Of a DNA stretch of 64,000 bases, positions 1-10,235 are shown in pieces. The stretch is taken from NCBI GenBank assembly GCA_043817075.1, contig JBDRHG010000017.1, positions 16,492 through 80,491 on the forward strand, given 5' to 3'. Below the pieces are notes generated by a model. That model had not been told where the DNA came from and did no database searches. It saw nothing but the letters and a program-made list of their open reading frames with translations. The first letter of the stretch is position 1. Each line of letters begins with the position of its first letter. The DNA comes from an archaeon. Lineage in GTDB: Archaea; Nanobdellota; Nanobdellia; Woesearchaeales; JAADFO01. The translations under genes were made by a program, and so were the position numbers.

Positions 1-87
1 CCCGATGATCCTGAGGGTCTCCATGAGGTGACGACAACCCGTCAGACTATTTAAAGCATGGCCATGAGACCATGAGGACCAAAGGAA

Positions 88-98
88 AGATTTAAATA
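88..98 (+). promoter_or_regulatory. putative archaeal BRE/TATA box
   Basis: AGATTTAAATA preceded by purine-rich GGAA, about 45-50 nt upstream of the ATG at 142, with a GGGGTGA SD-like motif near 128-134. Confidence 0.45.
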
Positions 99-141
99 CC
101 GCAATGGCTTTGGTGAATACCATCCTAGGGGTGATAGTACC

Positions 142-420
142 ATGCTCAAGATGAAGAGAATCACATCGGCATATGACATGAAGGTGTTCACGGACTCAGG
201 AGAGTATTTCGGCGATGTGGAGGAATCCATCCTCACTCAGAACAAAGTGTTCGGCTGGCGAGTGCGCAGCACCAAGAACTCATTCCTCAATAAGGTCCTC
301 GGATCGGCCAAGGGCGTCATCGTCCCTCATCAACTGGTCAAGAGCATCGGAGACATCATGATCATCTCCAAGGCCGCCGTCCCGAACTACCATCAGGACG
401 AAGACGACGATATGGATTAG
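142..420 (+). CDS. PRC-barrel domain protein (possibly CdpB-like cell-division accessory)
   Basis: 92 aa; KVFTDSGEYFGDVEE and VIVPHQLVKSIGDIMII match the archaeal single PRC-barrel pattern; SD-like motif upstream. Confidence 0.8.
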   Translation: MLKMKRITSAYDMKVFTDSGEYFGDVEESILTQNKVFGWRVRSTKNSFLNKVLGSAKGVIVPHQLVKSIGDIMIISKAAVPNYHQDEDDDMD

Positions 421-511
421 TCCTTTCAGATATCTTTTCTCAATTTTCTTATAGTATCCTCTTGTTCTGACATCTCGATGATAAAGATAAATGATAGAAA
501 GCGGGTTCGGA

Positions 512-3500
512 TCAGTTCCCGACTGGATAGACGGCGAATCCAGATACGGTGACGCTTCCAGGCCCTTCTTCTCCACAGTTCGTCGGACCGTAGCATCCTT
601 CTTCTGCCACACAGACCTTATCGCACATGGTCTGCTCGCACTCTGTGGCTGACTTCAAGGAAAGTTGATGGCTGCCGGCTGAGAGCTGGAACGAGCCCAA
701 GTATTCCCATCCGCTGGTCACCAACAACGCATCATGGTCATCATCACCCGAGATGGGGCCTCGGGTTCCGCCTATCTCGACGAAGAAGTCCTCATTCGCC
801 TCCTCCTCACAATACATGCTGTTGTGCTCGACCAATGGACAGGTGAACGTATCTGCGAAATACTCCGCCATGTTGGCATAGGTCCTACCGCAGCCAGTCG
901 AATGGTAGTTCCACCAATCAGCATGGCCTGTCTGGGCCGTGAGCTGAGCCTGAGCAGAAGAAGCACAGCCTCCTCGATCGACGAGACCATAGACCTTGTA
1001 GGCTCCTGATGAAGGAACAGAGATGGACATGCCAGCAGTCGCAGGTATCGACTCGCTGCAACCATCACCAGCTACGGTAAGATCCGCTGCTTGGGTGGCT
1101 GGACCATTGAAGACGATCACCTCTATATCGAGAGCGCTAACAGCGTTGTCACCATCCGTGTCTGCGACCATGCAGACCGCAGTATGATCGCCTACATCGG
1201 TGAAGATGTGAGTGGCGGAAACTGACTGTCCAGGTGCCTTGTCCAGGAATTCATCACCTGCCGTACCGTCACTATAGGATATGGTGAAGACCAGTGGTCC
1301 TTCGCCACCCGTAGCCGTGCAGGAGAACATCGCGGTCAGCGGAGCGAACCCTGACTGTACGTTCGAGGAGAACGCGGTGACCACTGGCGCCATGTTCTCG
1401 AACAGACATATCGATGAACAGCCGTCACCATTGGCGACTCCACCGTCATCGCATTCTTCTTCGTCCTGTATCCATCCATCACCGCAATGCGGGCCCGTGA
1501 TGGTGACATCAGTGCAATCATCCTCGCAGTATTCGCAGGTCTCGCCATAACCGGCACTGCACACCAGGCCATTGTATTGGGCCAGGTCGCACTCTTCCTG
1601 GCCCTCGGTCACGCCATTGCCGCAATAGCCGCCGCCGACCGTGGCCACAGCACATTCGTCAGAGCAATAGGTGCAAGAACCCTCATATGAAGGGGTGCAA
1701 GGAACCCCGTTGTCGAACCCTTCATCGCACTCTTCGCCGGCGTCGCGGACACCGTCGCCGCAAAAGACCTCATCAGGTCTCGGGCAATCGGCCCAGAGCC
1801 AATAATTGGAATCTTCAGTGGTGGTCTCGAGCTCATACATGCCCGCGATGTCTGCATCGAATGTGATGAGGACAGAACCGTCGATGTCATCCGGATAGGG
1901 CTGATCATACTCCTCATCGAATATGACGTGTCCTTCGGGATCGGTGATCTCGACCGTCATCTCCCTGTAGTCTATCCCCTGTCCGGGCCTGTTGATGGTG
2001 TACTTGTCGAAGAACACGAAATCGTACGTGTCCGGGATGAGATACATCTCATTCGTCTTATGGCCATCATGGACGATGTCCATGTTGTCGATGTTGTAGG
2101 CGGGATTGTCCTTGTTCTGAGCCAGGAATCCCTGGATGGCGCGTGCCCCGAGGTCCATCCCGCTCCAGGAGAGCGATGCGTCGACAGAGACCTCGGCGCC
2201 ACGGTAGGTGTCGATGGCGCATACCTTGACCCCGAAAGAGTCCTCGAAACTCTTGGGACAGGTGATGGGGACATCCACACCGTCAAGCTGCACTTTAGTA
2301 AACACGGTATCCTTCCGAGAGAAGACCACGAGCTGATCATACCAGACCTTGAAAGTCGTGGCGGCGGGGATGAAGGGATTCGGCGGATTCTGCCGTTGAT
2401 AGAAATACAGATCCCCTTCGCCCTGGCAGGTGCGGAAGGGTAGTGTCTCCTTGACGCAGAGCGCAGAACACCCATCATCATCGATATTATTGCCGTCGTC
2501 GCATTGCTCATAGCCTGTGCCAAATGGGTTGTTAGGCGTAGGCGGTCCTCCGAGTCCTTCGCCGTTGGGCGACTGCATTGTGCCGTCGCCGCATTTGGTG
2601 AACCTACAGGCATCAGAGCACTGGTCGGTCGGATCGCCGTTCTTGCCGTCGTCGCAGTCTTCTCCCGTGTCCACGATGCTGTTTCCGCATCGGGGCTGGT
2701 AGACATGTTTGCATGAGCAGACAGAGAGATCACAGATATCATTGGTGTTGGGGTCTACGTCCGCGCAATCCTCATCGACCGCGCACGCCGCGCCGCACTG
2801 ATCCTTGACGCAGGCATAATCATAATCTGTCTCCTGGCAGCCGCAGGTGGCATCGCAATCGCCGTAGCCATCACGTGCCCCGTATTTCGGACCGTCACAA
2901 TCCTCAGAGGGCTGCGGACAATACTGGTTCAGGGCGGTGCCGGGATACTCACACTCCTCACCCTCATCAAAATCGACCACACCATTATCGCACTGGGGAA
3001 CGTACACATGGTCACAAGAGCAGGTCTCCAGGATACATGCATCATTGGTATTGGGATCAAGATCATCACAATCCCCATCGCCTGCACAGGTGGCACCGCA
3101 AGAGCCGACCACACAGGCATAATCATAATCCGTCAACTGACAGCCGCATGTGGCATCGCAATTGCCATATGCAGGACGGGTGCCGAGCTTGGCAGCATCA
3201 CACTCTTCAGGATCCTGGGGACAATACTGATTCTCGGGCGTGCCAGGATACTCACACTCCTCACCCTCGCTATAATCGACCACACCATTATCGCACACAG
3301 GGACATAGACGTTATCGCAAGAACACGTCGTCAGGCTGCAGGAGTCATCAGTCAGCGGATCCAGGTCATCACAGTCGGCATCCACGGCGCATGCTGCGCC
3401 ACAATTGTCAGCCACGCATGCGAAATCGTAATCGTCTTCCTCGCAACCGCAGGTCTCGGAGCAATCACCATATTGATCACGAGTCGCGGTGAAGACACCC

Positions 3501-6500
3501 TGACAGGTGCTGTTGTCCTGAGGGCAATAATCGTTGTTCCTTGACTCTTTCGGTTCGCACTCCTCGCCAGGATCAAGATAATTGTTGCCGCAGAAGAAAT
3601 CCTCGAACAGGCAGATCTCCTCGACATGCACTTCACCAGACGAGCCTAGATTTTCACAAGTCGATGCGGTGTGCATATACACATCATTGCTTCTTGGGAC
3701 GAAAGAGAATGAGCCGAAGTCCTCATAGCGGATGGAGACTGTGGCCGGGTCGGCATCATCCTCGGAAACAGCGCTCTCCTTATCGTTGACCTCGAGGGTG
3801 AACGCTTGATTGGGCTCTGCGCTCCCTGCCGGGCGATAGGACTTGGCCACGAGCCTGTAGGTCCCGGCGTCGCCGACACCGAAAGTGTCCATGTCCATAA
3901 TCTTTCCAGGATCATGGCATCCCTCTCCATAGACGAACATATTCGTAGGGAATAGATAATCATAATCCGCATTTTCGCACAGGTTGTCCCCGTTCTCGAG
4001 CACAGTGATGAGCACGATTTTGGTGTCCGACAACCCCTTGACATCCGTGACCTCGAATTCGATAGCATACTTGCCGACGTCCGAGAATCCGGTCTGCCAG
4101 GAGAATCGCAAAGCGTCGGGATTGAAGAGGTCACGACGAGGCAGAGCACCGTATCCTTCGACATTGATCGAGTAGTCAGATGAGAATGTCAATGGATCGA
4201 AATCAGGGTCGGTCCCGCTTACCTCGAAAGTGAGCAGCTGGCCTTCCTTGATGGTGTGGGGAGAATCGACATAGATGGTGGGCGCCCTGTTCGTGTAGCC
4301 CACATAGATGTTGACTTCCTGGCTGCAGGAGAGCTGCGGCGGAGGGTTGCCGTCATCCTCTGCTGAAAAGATGACTTGATACACCCCGTAATCGCCGACT
4401 TCTGTCTGCCAGGTCAGCACTTCGCCGTCGAATGAAGCGCCTCTGTTCTGGAGAACGGACGGGAGGTCAGCCTCGTAGGAAAGCACCGGATCATCGGGAT
4501 CGCTGATGAAGTCCATCGCCCGGATAGTGAGTAGCTCACCTTCATCGACATAGAAATCAGGGAAATGGCAGACCGGTGGACCATTGAGCACATATCTGAT
4601 TTGGACATTGTCACCTGCAAGCACTCCGCCATCGGAGATGAAGTCGACCGGCACGAGGCAATTGCCTGCGTGGCAGTCGCAGTCGATGGTGCCCTCGCGG
4701 CAACCTTCAAGATAGCCGTTGACGAGATCGGTGAAGTCAGGCATCGATTCCTGGACACCGTAGTAGCCCTCATAGCTCCATATCTCGGTGCCAGTCACAT
4801 TGACTGAGGGGGTGAAAGGATATCGCGCGTCTGCGCATTCTCCCTGGTTGACGACGTCGTCAGGGTTGTCGCAGCAGGCGCAGTCATCAGCGTTCTCCTC
4901 GTCGGCACAGACGAAGAATTCTTTGGGGTCATCGCCGCAGCAGTAGTTCTGGGTGATGCCCTCGCCGGTTGGACCCCTCAGACCGTTGTCGCCGTTGTCG
5001 TATGTGTTGCCATTGCCAGAGGGTGCCGTAGCCTGTGCGGTCACACCTCGCATCCCGTTGCCGGGGGTGTTGAGTAATCTATTCCCGCCGGGCCCGACCG
5101 TTCCGCTGGCAGTGTCATCACAATAGTCCAGTCCGCCATCTCCCCAGCGATCAGCAGGCTCGCATCGCCACCCGTCTTCTGGCGAGACCCAATCTTTGCC
5201 CCAATAGGTTTCGCAATAGGGATTGCCATCCCGGTTGGAGTCGCCGACATCGGCGTCCATCCATGCTGAGTAGTTGATGAAACCGACGCAGAACTCGAAG
5301 TCCGCCGACTCATCAGAATCGTCAGGAAGCGCATCCTGGATATCCAACATAGCCAAACGTGGATAGCAGGTGGCATTCATCACGCATGACCTGTCCTCCT
5401 CGCAGCACGCGGAATCGGTGGGATTCGTATAGGTGGTGCCACCGCAGTTATTATTCGGCGCGAAGCACACATGGGTATCTGCGGGATCCCAGTCACGGTA
5501 GATAGCGGGATATTCAAACGCATCATCTCCGCAACAGAGATACGTATCGAGGTCGGTCGGATCGAGACCGACATGCACCCAGGCCTGCGGGGGAACATTG
5601 ACGCTATCGTTGTCGTACTCTGCATGGAGCGCACCGACGCAGCACTCCGGTGACCGGATACCACTGAGGTTGACATATTGGTCCGCATCGCACATTCGGT
5701 ACTGTTCCTGGTAAATCAGGTTACTGGCTTGGTCATAGGTATTGAGAGTGATGTCGACGAGAGAAGTCTCGCGGATGCTCTCTTTGATGATGCGGCTGCT
5801 TGTATAGTCATAGAGATAACGGATGTCATAGCCTGCAGCCGACTCCTGGTCGAAAGGGACATAGGAGACTGAGATGAGGCGGTTGAGCGCATCATATCCA
5901 TACACATAGGTCCCGGCGTTGGGATCGAGGCTGTTGCGCGTCTGGAGATTGCCGGCGTCGTCATACGTGTAAGTGAAATAGCCATCCTGCAACAAACGGT
6001 TGGTGCCCGGCTCGATGGTGAATTGAATATCATCGCGACTGATGCGGTTACCTGCCTTGTCATAAGCGAAAGAGACATCGTATGCGCCTCCGGAGGGATC
6101 CGGGACTGGGAGATAGTAGCCTTTGTCATCCACATCCGTGAGCCGGTTGAGATCATCGTATGCAAATCCGGCGCTCGCGCCGGAGAGGGCCTCAGTGATA
6201 CTGAGCAGATTACCAGCAGGGCCGTAGGTATACGTCTCCTTCAAGGTCGACGAATCGATGGACTCGAGATAGTTCCTCGGGGAAAGGCCGAATGTGGCTG
6301 CGACCACGCTGCCCAAGGTCAACGACGAGTAGGCATTGGACGGGTTGTAGTCCACGCTGACCGCATCCTGGATATCGACGGTGCCATCCCCATCGAGATC
6401 GATCGATATCCCGGTAGTCTGATCAAGAAGGTTGTAGGTATAATGGGTATGTCGGTTATCGGGATCGTCGAGCCGAGTCAGACGTCCGCCCTTGTCGTAT

Positions 6501-7276
6501 TGGTAGCTGACGGCATAACCGTTACGCACGAAACGCGTGGCATTGGACCCGACCTCGAGCTGTGCGGCGTCAAGCATGACCTCCTGAGCACTGTGAGAAG
6601 AGAGGAAGAACTGGACGATGATGTGCTTAGTGCCAGATGGAAAGTCTTTGGAGATCTCCTGGCTATAACGCACCCACGACTCATTGACGTTGATGAAGTA
6701 ATGCTTGGTGTCGATGACCGCCTCGGCTGAATCGTTGTAGTAGAGGATCTTGAGCGCGAGATTTCCAGTCCCAGAAAGCCTCTTGGCCGAGAACGACACC
6801 GTGTGCTTCTGCTGTCTATTGGCCGGGATATGCCTCGACATGATGTCATTATAGGTGGGATTGCCCCCGTAAGGCTGAGGAGCGGTGAGCTTGACACAGG
6901 AAGGTCCTTGTACGCAATCCTCGTTGACGAAGACCGTCTCAGGATCCATGACACGCCAGATGGCACGTTCCTGCACATCGAAGCCACCGTCAGGGAGACG
7001 ATTCTTGTAGTTGACCAACTTGATATGCCGTGACAGGTGCCCGCGCATATCATATTCAAGATAGGTCGTCGCGGCAGGGTCGGTGATCATGCAGGGTCGC
7101 CCCATGGAATACATGTGCAGAGGACAGGCGAAATCGTCATCATAGTGGAACTGTACCTGCCCTTCAGCGGCATATGGCATGTCTTGGGCGGCAGCAGGGA
7201 GGGCCAACAGGGTACCGGCTAAGAGGATATAGATTGCGATTCCCAGAATCCTGGTATGTCTATTGCTGCCCATCAT
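512..7276 (-). CDS. secreted 2254-aa multidomain protein: RHS/YD-repeat segment with an inserted CBM4/9-like domain, Cys-rich CCGDD regions, cadherin/Ig-like domains, DUF4215-type Cys repeats, PKD domain, two CBM-like beta domains
   Basis: Signal peptide (LLALPAAA|QD); YD repeats (YDKGGRLT, YDDLNRLT, YDKAGNR, YDDAGNL, YDALNRL); CGNxxxDxGExCDDG repeats; NRAP...DPDFDPLTF Ig-like; APLTAMFSC PKD; no C-terminal TM. Confidence 0.9.
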   Translation of the reverse strand: MMGSNRHTRILGIAIYILLAGTLLALPAAAQDMPYAAEGQVQFHYDDDFACPLHMYSMGRPCMITDPAATTYLEYDMRGHLSRHIKLVNYKNRLPDGGFDVQERAIWRVMDPETVFVNEDCVQGPSCVKLTAPQPYGGNPTYNDIMSRHIPANRQQKHTVSFSAKRLSGTGNLALKILYYNDSAEAVIDTKHYFINVNESWVRYSQEISKDFPSGTKHIIVQFFLSSHSAQEVMLDAAQLEVGSNATRFVRNGYAVSYQYDKGGRLTRLDDPDNRHTHYTYNLLDQTTGISIDLDGDGTVDIQDAVSVDYNPSNAYSSLTLGSVVAATFGLSPRNYLESIDSSTLKETYTYGPAGNLLSITEALSGASAGFAYDDLNRLTDVDDKGYYLPVPDPSGGAYDVSFAYDKAGNRISRDDIQFTIEPGTNRLLQDGYFTYTYDDAGNLQTRNSLDPNAGTYVYGYDALNRLISVSYVPFDQESAAGYDIRYLYDYTSSRIIKESIRETSLVDITLNTYDQASNLIYQEQYRMCDADQYVNLSGIRSPECCVGALHAEYDNDSVNVPPQAWVHVGLDPTDLDTYLCCGDDAFEYPAIYRDWDPADTHVCFAPNNNCGGTTYTNPTDSACCEEDRSCVMNATCYPRLAMLDIQDALPDDSDESADFEFCVGFINYSAWMDADVGDSNRDGNPYCETYWGKDWVSPEDGWRCEPADRWGDGGLDYCDDTASGTVGPGGNRLLNTPGNGMRGVTAQATAPSGNGNTYDNGDNGLRGPTGEGITQNYCCGDDPKEFFVCADEENADDCACCDNPDDVVNQGECADARYPFTPSVNVTGTEIWSYEGYYGVQESMPDFTDLVNGYLEGCREGTIDCDCHAGNCLVPVDFISDGGVLAGDNVQIRYVLNGPPVCHFPDFYVDEGELLTIRAMDFISDPDDPVLSYEADLPSVLQNRGASFDGEVLTWQTEVGDYGVYQVIFSAEDDGNPPPQLSCSQEVNIYVGYTNRAPTIYVDSPHTIKEGQLLTFEVSGTDPDFDPLTFSSDYSINVEGYGALPRRDLFNPDALRFSWQTGFSDVGKYAIEFEVTDVKGLSDTKIVLITVLENGDNLCENADYDYLFPTNMFVYGEGCHDPGKIMDMDTFGVGDAGTYRLVAKSYRPAGSAEPNQAFTLEVNDKESAVSEDDADPATVSIRYEDFGSFSFVPRSNDVYMHTASTCENLGSSGEVHVEEICLFEDFFCGNNYLDPGEECEPKESRNNDYCPQDNSTCQGVFTATRDQYGDCSETCGCEEDDYDFACVADNCGAACAVDADCDDLDPLTDDSCSLTTCSCDNVYVPVCDNGVVDYSEGEECEYPGTPENQYCPQDPEECDAAKLGTRPAYGNCDATCGCQLTDYDYACVVGSCGATCAGDGDCDDLDPNTNDACILETCSCDHVYVPQCDNGVVDFDEGEECEYPGTALNQYCPQPSEDCDGPKYGARDGYGDCDATCGCQETDYDYACVKDQCGAACAVDEDCADVDPNTNDICDLSVCSCKHVYQPRCGNSIVDTGEDCDDGKNGDPTDQCSDACRFTKCGDGTMQSPNGEGLGGPPTPNNPFGTGYEQCDDGNNIDDDGCSALCVKETLPFRTCQGEGDLYFYQRQNPPNPFIPAATTFKVWYDQLVVFSRKDTVFTKVQLDGVDVPITCPKSFEDSFGVKVCAIDTYRGAEVSVDASLSWSGMDLGARAIQGFLAQNKDNPAYNIDNMDIVHDGHKTNEMYLIPDTYDFVFFDKYTINRPGQGIDYREMTVEITDPEGHVIFDEEYDQPYPDDIDGSVLITFDADIAGMYELETTTEDSNYWLWADCPRPDEVFCGDGVRDAGEECDEGFDNGVPCTPSYEGSCTYCSDECAVATVGGGYCGNGVTEGQEECDLAQYNGLVCSAGYGETCEYCEDDCTDVTITGPHCGDGWIQDEEECDDGGVANGDGCSSICLFENMAPVVTAFSSNVQSGFAPLTAMFSCTATGGEGPLVFTISYSDGTAGDEFLDKAPGQSVSATHIFTDVGDHTAVCMVADTDGDNAVSALDIEVIVFNGPATQAADLTVAGDGCSESIPATAGMSISVPSSGAYKVYGLVDRGGCASSAQAQLTAQTGHADWWNYHSTGCGRTYANMAEYFADTFTCPLVEHNSMYCEEEANEDFFVEIGGTRGPISGDDDHDALLVTSGWEYLGSFQLSAGSHQLSLKSATECEQTMCDKVCVAEEGCYGPTNCGEEGPGSVTVSGFAVYPVGN
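2700..3590 (-). repeat. three tandem ~101-aa (303-nt) Cys-rich repeats inside the 2254-aa gene
   Basis: GEECE..NxYCPQ..YGxC..CGC..YDxACV..CGAxCAxDxDCxDxDPxTxD repeated three times; GATACTCACACTCCTCACCCTC occurs at 2944 and 3247. Confidence 0.9.
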
Positions 7277-8387
7277 TCTTGTCTGACCTCTTTTTTACAG
7301 TGTCGAGACCTTCGCGGTCCAACGCATATGTCTCGACGATCTCCCGTCCGATCTTATCGTATTCGTGGGTCACGATATTGCCTTTCTGGTCGACCGATTC
7401 ATTAATCTTCCCGGTGAGCGTATAGGAGAAGGCGGTCCTGCCGCTGTCAGGGGTCATCTTCTCGACCAACCAGCCGGCGGAGTTGTATAGCCAAGTGAAC
7501 ACGGTCCCGATAGGGGTCTCGACCTTGGTCAGCTTCCCGAGCAAGGAGCTTTCGAAACGATGGGTGTTGTCAAAGGTGGCTCCGCAATGTTCACCGGCAT
7601 CGATGACGGCTCCGGAACGTAAGCAGGAGTCCGGACAGACGCATGGGCCTTCACTCTCACAGCCCGAGCACGCAGGAATGGTACCGCCGCAGCTCTGGCT
7701 ACGTGAAACATAAGTCCTTTCGGTCACGGTGCAGCCGTCAGGGCAACGGCAAGGTCCGGTTGCGCTACAATCTATACATGCCTGGTCCGGTCTGATCACC
7801 TTATCACAGCTCAATGGATCCCCAGGGGCAGCGTCGGGATCGCAGCAGCTCTGGATGCTGGTGCCAGACAAAGTCTTGAAGTCGGCGGTCGGACAGCAGA
7901 TGCCCAGACGGGAATCGAAGGTCTCGTCCGAGGAATCCCCGCAACAGCTGAACTCTTCCCGCGTTTGTCCCTCGTATACAGATTCCCCGATGAATATTCC
8001 GCCTTGCAATTGGCAGGCGAACCGATGCTCATCAGGATCATAGCAGCCTCCTACCCTGACATTGCGCTTGTCGAACCATCGTTCGACATAAACCTCTACG
8101 CAGACCTGCCCTTCGCAGCAGGGACAAGGGTTTTCATAACCAGGGAACCAAATCTTGCCATCATCGAGAGTGCTGCACCAAGGCGCTGACCGTTCCCCTG
8201 CCCGATACATCTGGTCAGCGACATTGCCTGAGACGCACTGACCTTCCTTGTTGCAGTCCCATGCAGAGACCGATAGGCTCGACAGTGCCATGAGGATCGG
8301 CAAGGCCAGGAGTATCATGCTTAACGCAGAGACTATGAGCCTACCGGTTGGATGTTGTCTGTGTCCCTTGCTGTCGTACTGTGCCAT
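7260..8387 (-). CDS. secreted Cys-rich protein ending in a short RHS/YD-repeat segment
   Basis: Signal peptide (SSLSVSA|WD); Cys-rich N-part; C-terminal LLGKLTKVETP..YNSAGWLVEKMTPDSGRT..YDKIGREI. Confidence 0.85.
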   Translation of the reverse strand: MAQYDSKGHRQHPTGRLIVSALSMILLALPILMALSSLSVSAWDCNKEGQCVSGNVADQMYRAGERSAPWCSTLDDGKIWFPGYENPCPCCEGQVCVEVYVERWFDKRNVRVGGCYDPDEHRFACQLQGGIFIGESVYEGQTREEFSCCGDSSDETFDSRLGICCPTADFKTLSGTSIQSCCDPDAAPGDPLSCDKVIRPDQACIDCSATGPCRCPDGCTVTERTYVSRSQSCGGTIPACSGCESEGPCVCPDSCLRSGAVIDAGEHCGATFDNTHRFESSLLGKLTKVETPIGTVFTWLYNSAGWLVEKMTPDSGRTAFSYTLTGKINESVDQKGNIVTHEYDKIGREIVETYALDREGLDTVKKRSDKNDGQQ

Positions 8388-8393
8388 GGTGAT

Positions 8394-10235
8394 TCACGGA
8401 GTGAGGTATGCTGGGAAAAGGTCCCCGTAATAACCGTCATATTCCTGCTCTGTGGTGAGAGGATTGCCGAAGAGGTCGAATGTGTGCTTGGCCACCGTGT
8501 TGTTCTCCCCTTTGATCAGGATGACAGGGTTTCCATCAACGCTCGAATAATCGTAGAGCAACACCGAGTCGTCTTCGTTGATGACTCTGAGGAGGCGATG
8601 ATCAGGTGACGTCGAGTACAGATATTCACGGTAATGGATCCCCTTGTCGGCAGGATCATATTCGCTGCCAGAGGCAAAGACTGGAGAATAGTCCCTGAAC
8701 ACTTTCCCGAAAGGATGGTAGGTAAACGTTGAGACTGCGTATTCATCAGAGCCGTCATCCTTCTTCATCCGAGTCTGGAGGAGATGGCCTCTACCATCAT
8801 AGTATTTTATCGTCTCAGTATACACACCGTCCGCGACTTTCCCACGGACGATGACCTGATGAGGTGAGGTTCCTGAGTCCGCGAAATTGAACTCTTTGAC
8901 CTCAGAGGGATCGTCTAGAGTGTCGCCCGGCAGAGCGATCTTGACTAGACGCGCAAGGGAATCATATTGCATCGTAGACTCCATTTTGTTCTCATCAATC
9001 GATTTGCTGACCTTGCCCATGGGATGATATTCCTTTCGCCAGGCAGGATCGCTGGCAGATCCGAACTCCTCATTCCAACCGGAAGTGGGATAGATTTCTC
9101 TGAAGCTCCCGGAGAACGACGTGAACTGTCTGTTGCCGTCCGGGTCGATCGATTCCTTGGGTGTGCCGAACCGGTTGAATGCCACGGTCGTCACGACCGC
9201 GTCGAGATCAGGAGAGGTATAGCCGTTGTTCCATGAGTAGGAATTGTCGAGGTTGAGGTCAATCCAGAGGTGGACTTTGTTGGGACGCCATACTGAAGAT
9301 GCCTGGCAATCGACAGGACAGGTGATGCTGGTCTCCTCTGACTGGCAGACATGGTCGCCGCATTTTGAGGAAGGAGGTGTATGGCTACGAAGTTGCCATT
9401 CCCAGATACCATAGGAATGGATCTTCTTGCACACATAATTGCCGCATGACTTGTCGAGATCGGCATCGTTAGGATCATTGCCACAACATCGCTGGTCCTC
9501 ACATGCGGCAGATTCCTCGTTTATCGATAACCAATCACCCCCTCGATCGCGGCAAGATGAAGGATTGTCTTCACCATAGAACCAATCCGGGGCATCGACT
9601 TGGCATGTGCCGGAGGTATCGCAGGCACCCAAAAAGGTGTCACGTCTGCACGTTTTCGTCCGGCATGCGTAAGCATTCCCTCTGAAGTCGCAATGACGGT
9701 AGCATTCCTGGTCCTCGACCATGTCACAGTCTAACTCATCGATTTCTACGGTGAAGGGCAGGATGTTGTTACTACCATCATCCATCTCTCCCATGAAGGC
9801 ATAGCATCCAGGATCGAGCTGGACGGTCTGGACCTCGTCTGGTCGCATGAAAAGAGTCTCTACTGAATCGGTCCACGTATAGGTGGACGCTATGTCAACG
9901 GAATAGCATTCATGGGCACTGGTTACATCTCTTTGGGCGATTTCGATGAGACCCATGGGATCTTCGTCACGGCTATCGCATTCCCCGTCGCGACAATCAG
10001 ACGCCGTGAAGACCATGACATCCACCACCTCCCCATTCTCTACCCAGACATTGTACGTGCCGCAGGAGTACGCGCCGACGCATTCGAAATTCTGATAGCC
10101 TTGAGCGAATGGCGCCGAATCCCACATCGTGACGCATTGCCCCGCCACCGAAGAGACCGAAGACAGGACGAGGAGCGCGACAGCTGAGGCGAAAAGGATA
10201 CGCAGTCCTAATGTGTCGTGTCTTGCCATATTCAT
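8394..10235 (-). CDS. secreted protein: ~250-aa Cys-rich module followed by an RHS/YD-repeat segment
   Basis: Signal peptide (SSVAG|QC); FNRFGTP..DPDGN, YDSLARLVKI, YYDGRGHLLQT, YHPFGKV, FDLFGNP. Confidence 0.88.
   Translation of the reverse strand: MNMARHDTLGLRILFASAVALLVLSSVSSVAGQCVTMWDSAPFAQGYQNFECVGAYSCGTYNVWVENGEVVDVMVFTASDCRDGECDSRDEDPMGLIEIAQRDVTSAHECYSVDIASTYTWTDSVETLFMRPDEVQTVQLDPGCYAFMGEMDDGSNNILPFTVEIDELDCDMVEDQECYRHCDFRGNAYACRTKTCRRDTFLGACDTSGTCQVDAPDWFYGEDNPSSCRDRGGDWLSINEESAACEDQRCCGNDPNDADLDKSCGNYVCKKIHSYGIWEWQLRSHTPPSSKCGDHVCQSEETSITCPVDCQASSVWRPNKVHLWIDLNLDNSYSWNNGYTSPDLDAVVTTVAFNRFGTPKESIDPDGNRQFTSFSGSFREIYPTSGWNEEFGSASDPAWRKEYHPMGKVSKSIDENKMESTMQYDSLARLVKIALPGDTLDDPSEVKEFNFADSGTSPHQVIVRGKVADGVYTETIKYYDGRGHLLQTRMKKDDGSDEYAVSTFTYHPFGKVFRDYSPVFASGSEYDPADKGIHYREYLYSTSPDHRLLRVINEDDSVLLYDYSSVDGNPVILIKGENNTVAKHTFDLFGNPLTTEQEYDGYYGDLFPAYLTP

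Noticed and set aside
1-24. Start of a minus-strand gene (METLRIIG) running off the left edge
   Set aside because: Only 8 codons are visible; plausible given the divergent promoter, but it cannot be identified.
2700-3590. Diversity-generating retroelement template/variable repeat
   Set aside because: The repeats are in-frame tandem coding units, the differences are not obviously adenine-specific, and there is no reverse transcriptase in the window.
9390-10235. Split intein joining the fragments
   Set aside because: No Hint-domain motifs (N-terminal C/S block, TxxH, terminal HN followed by C/S/T) seen at any junction.
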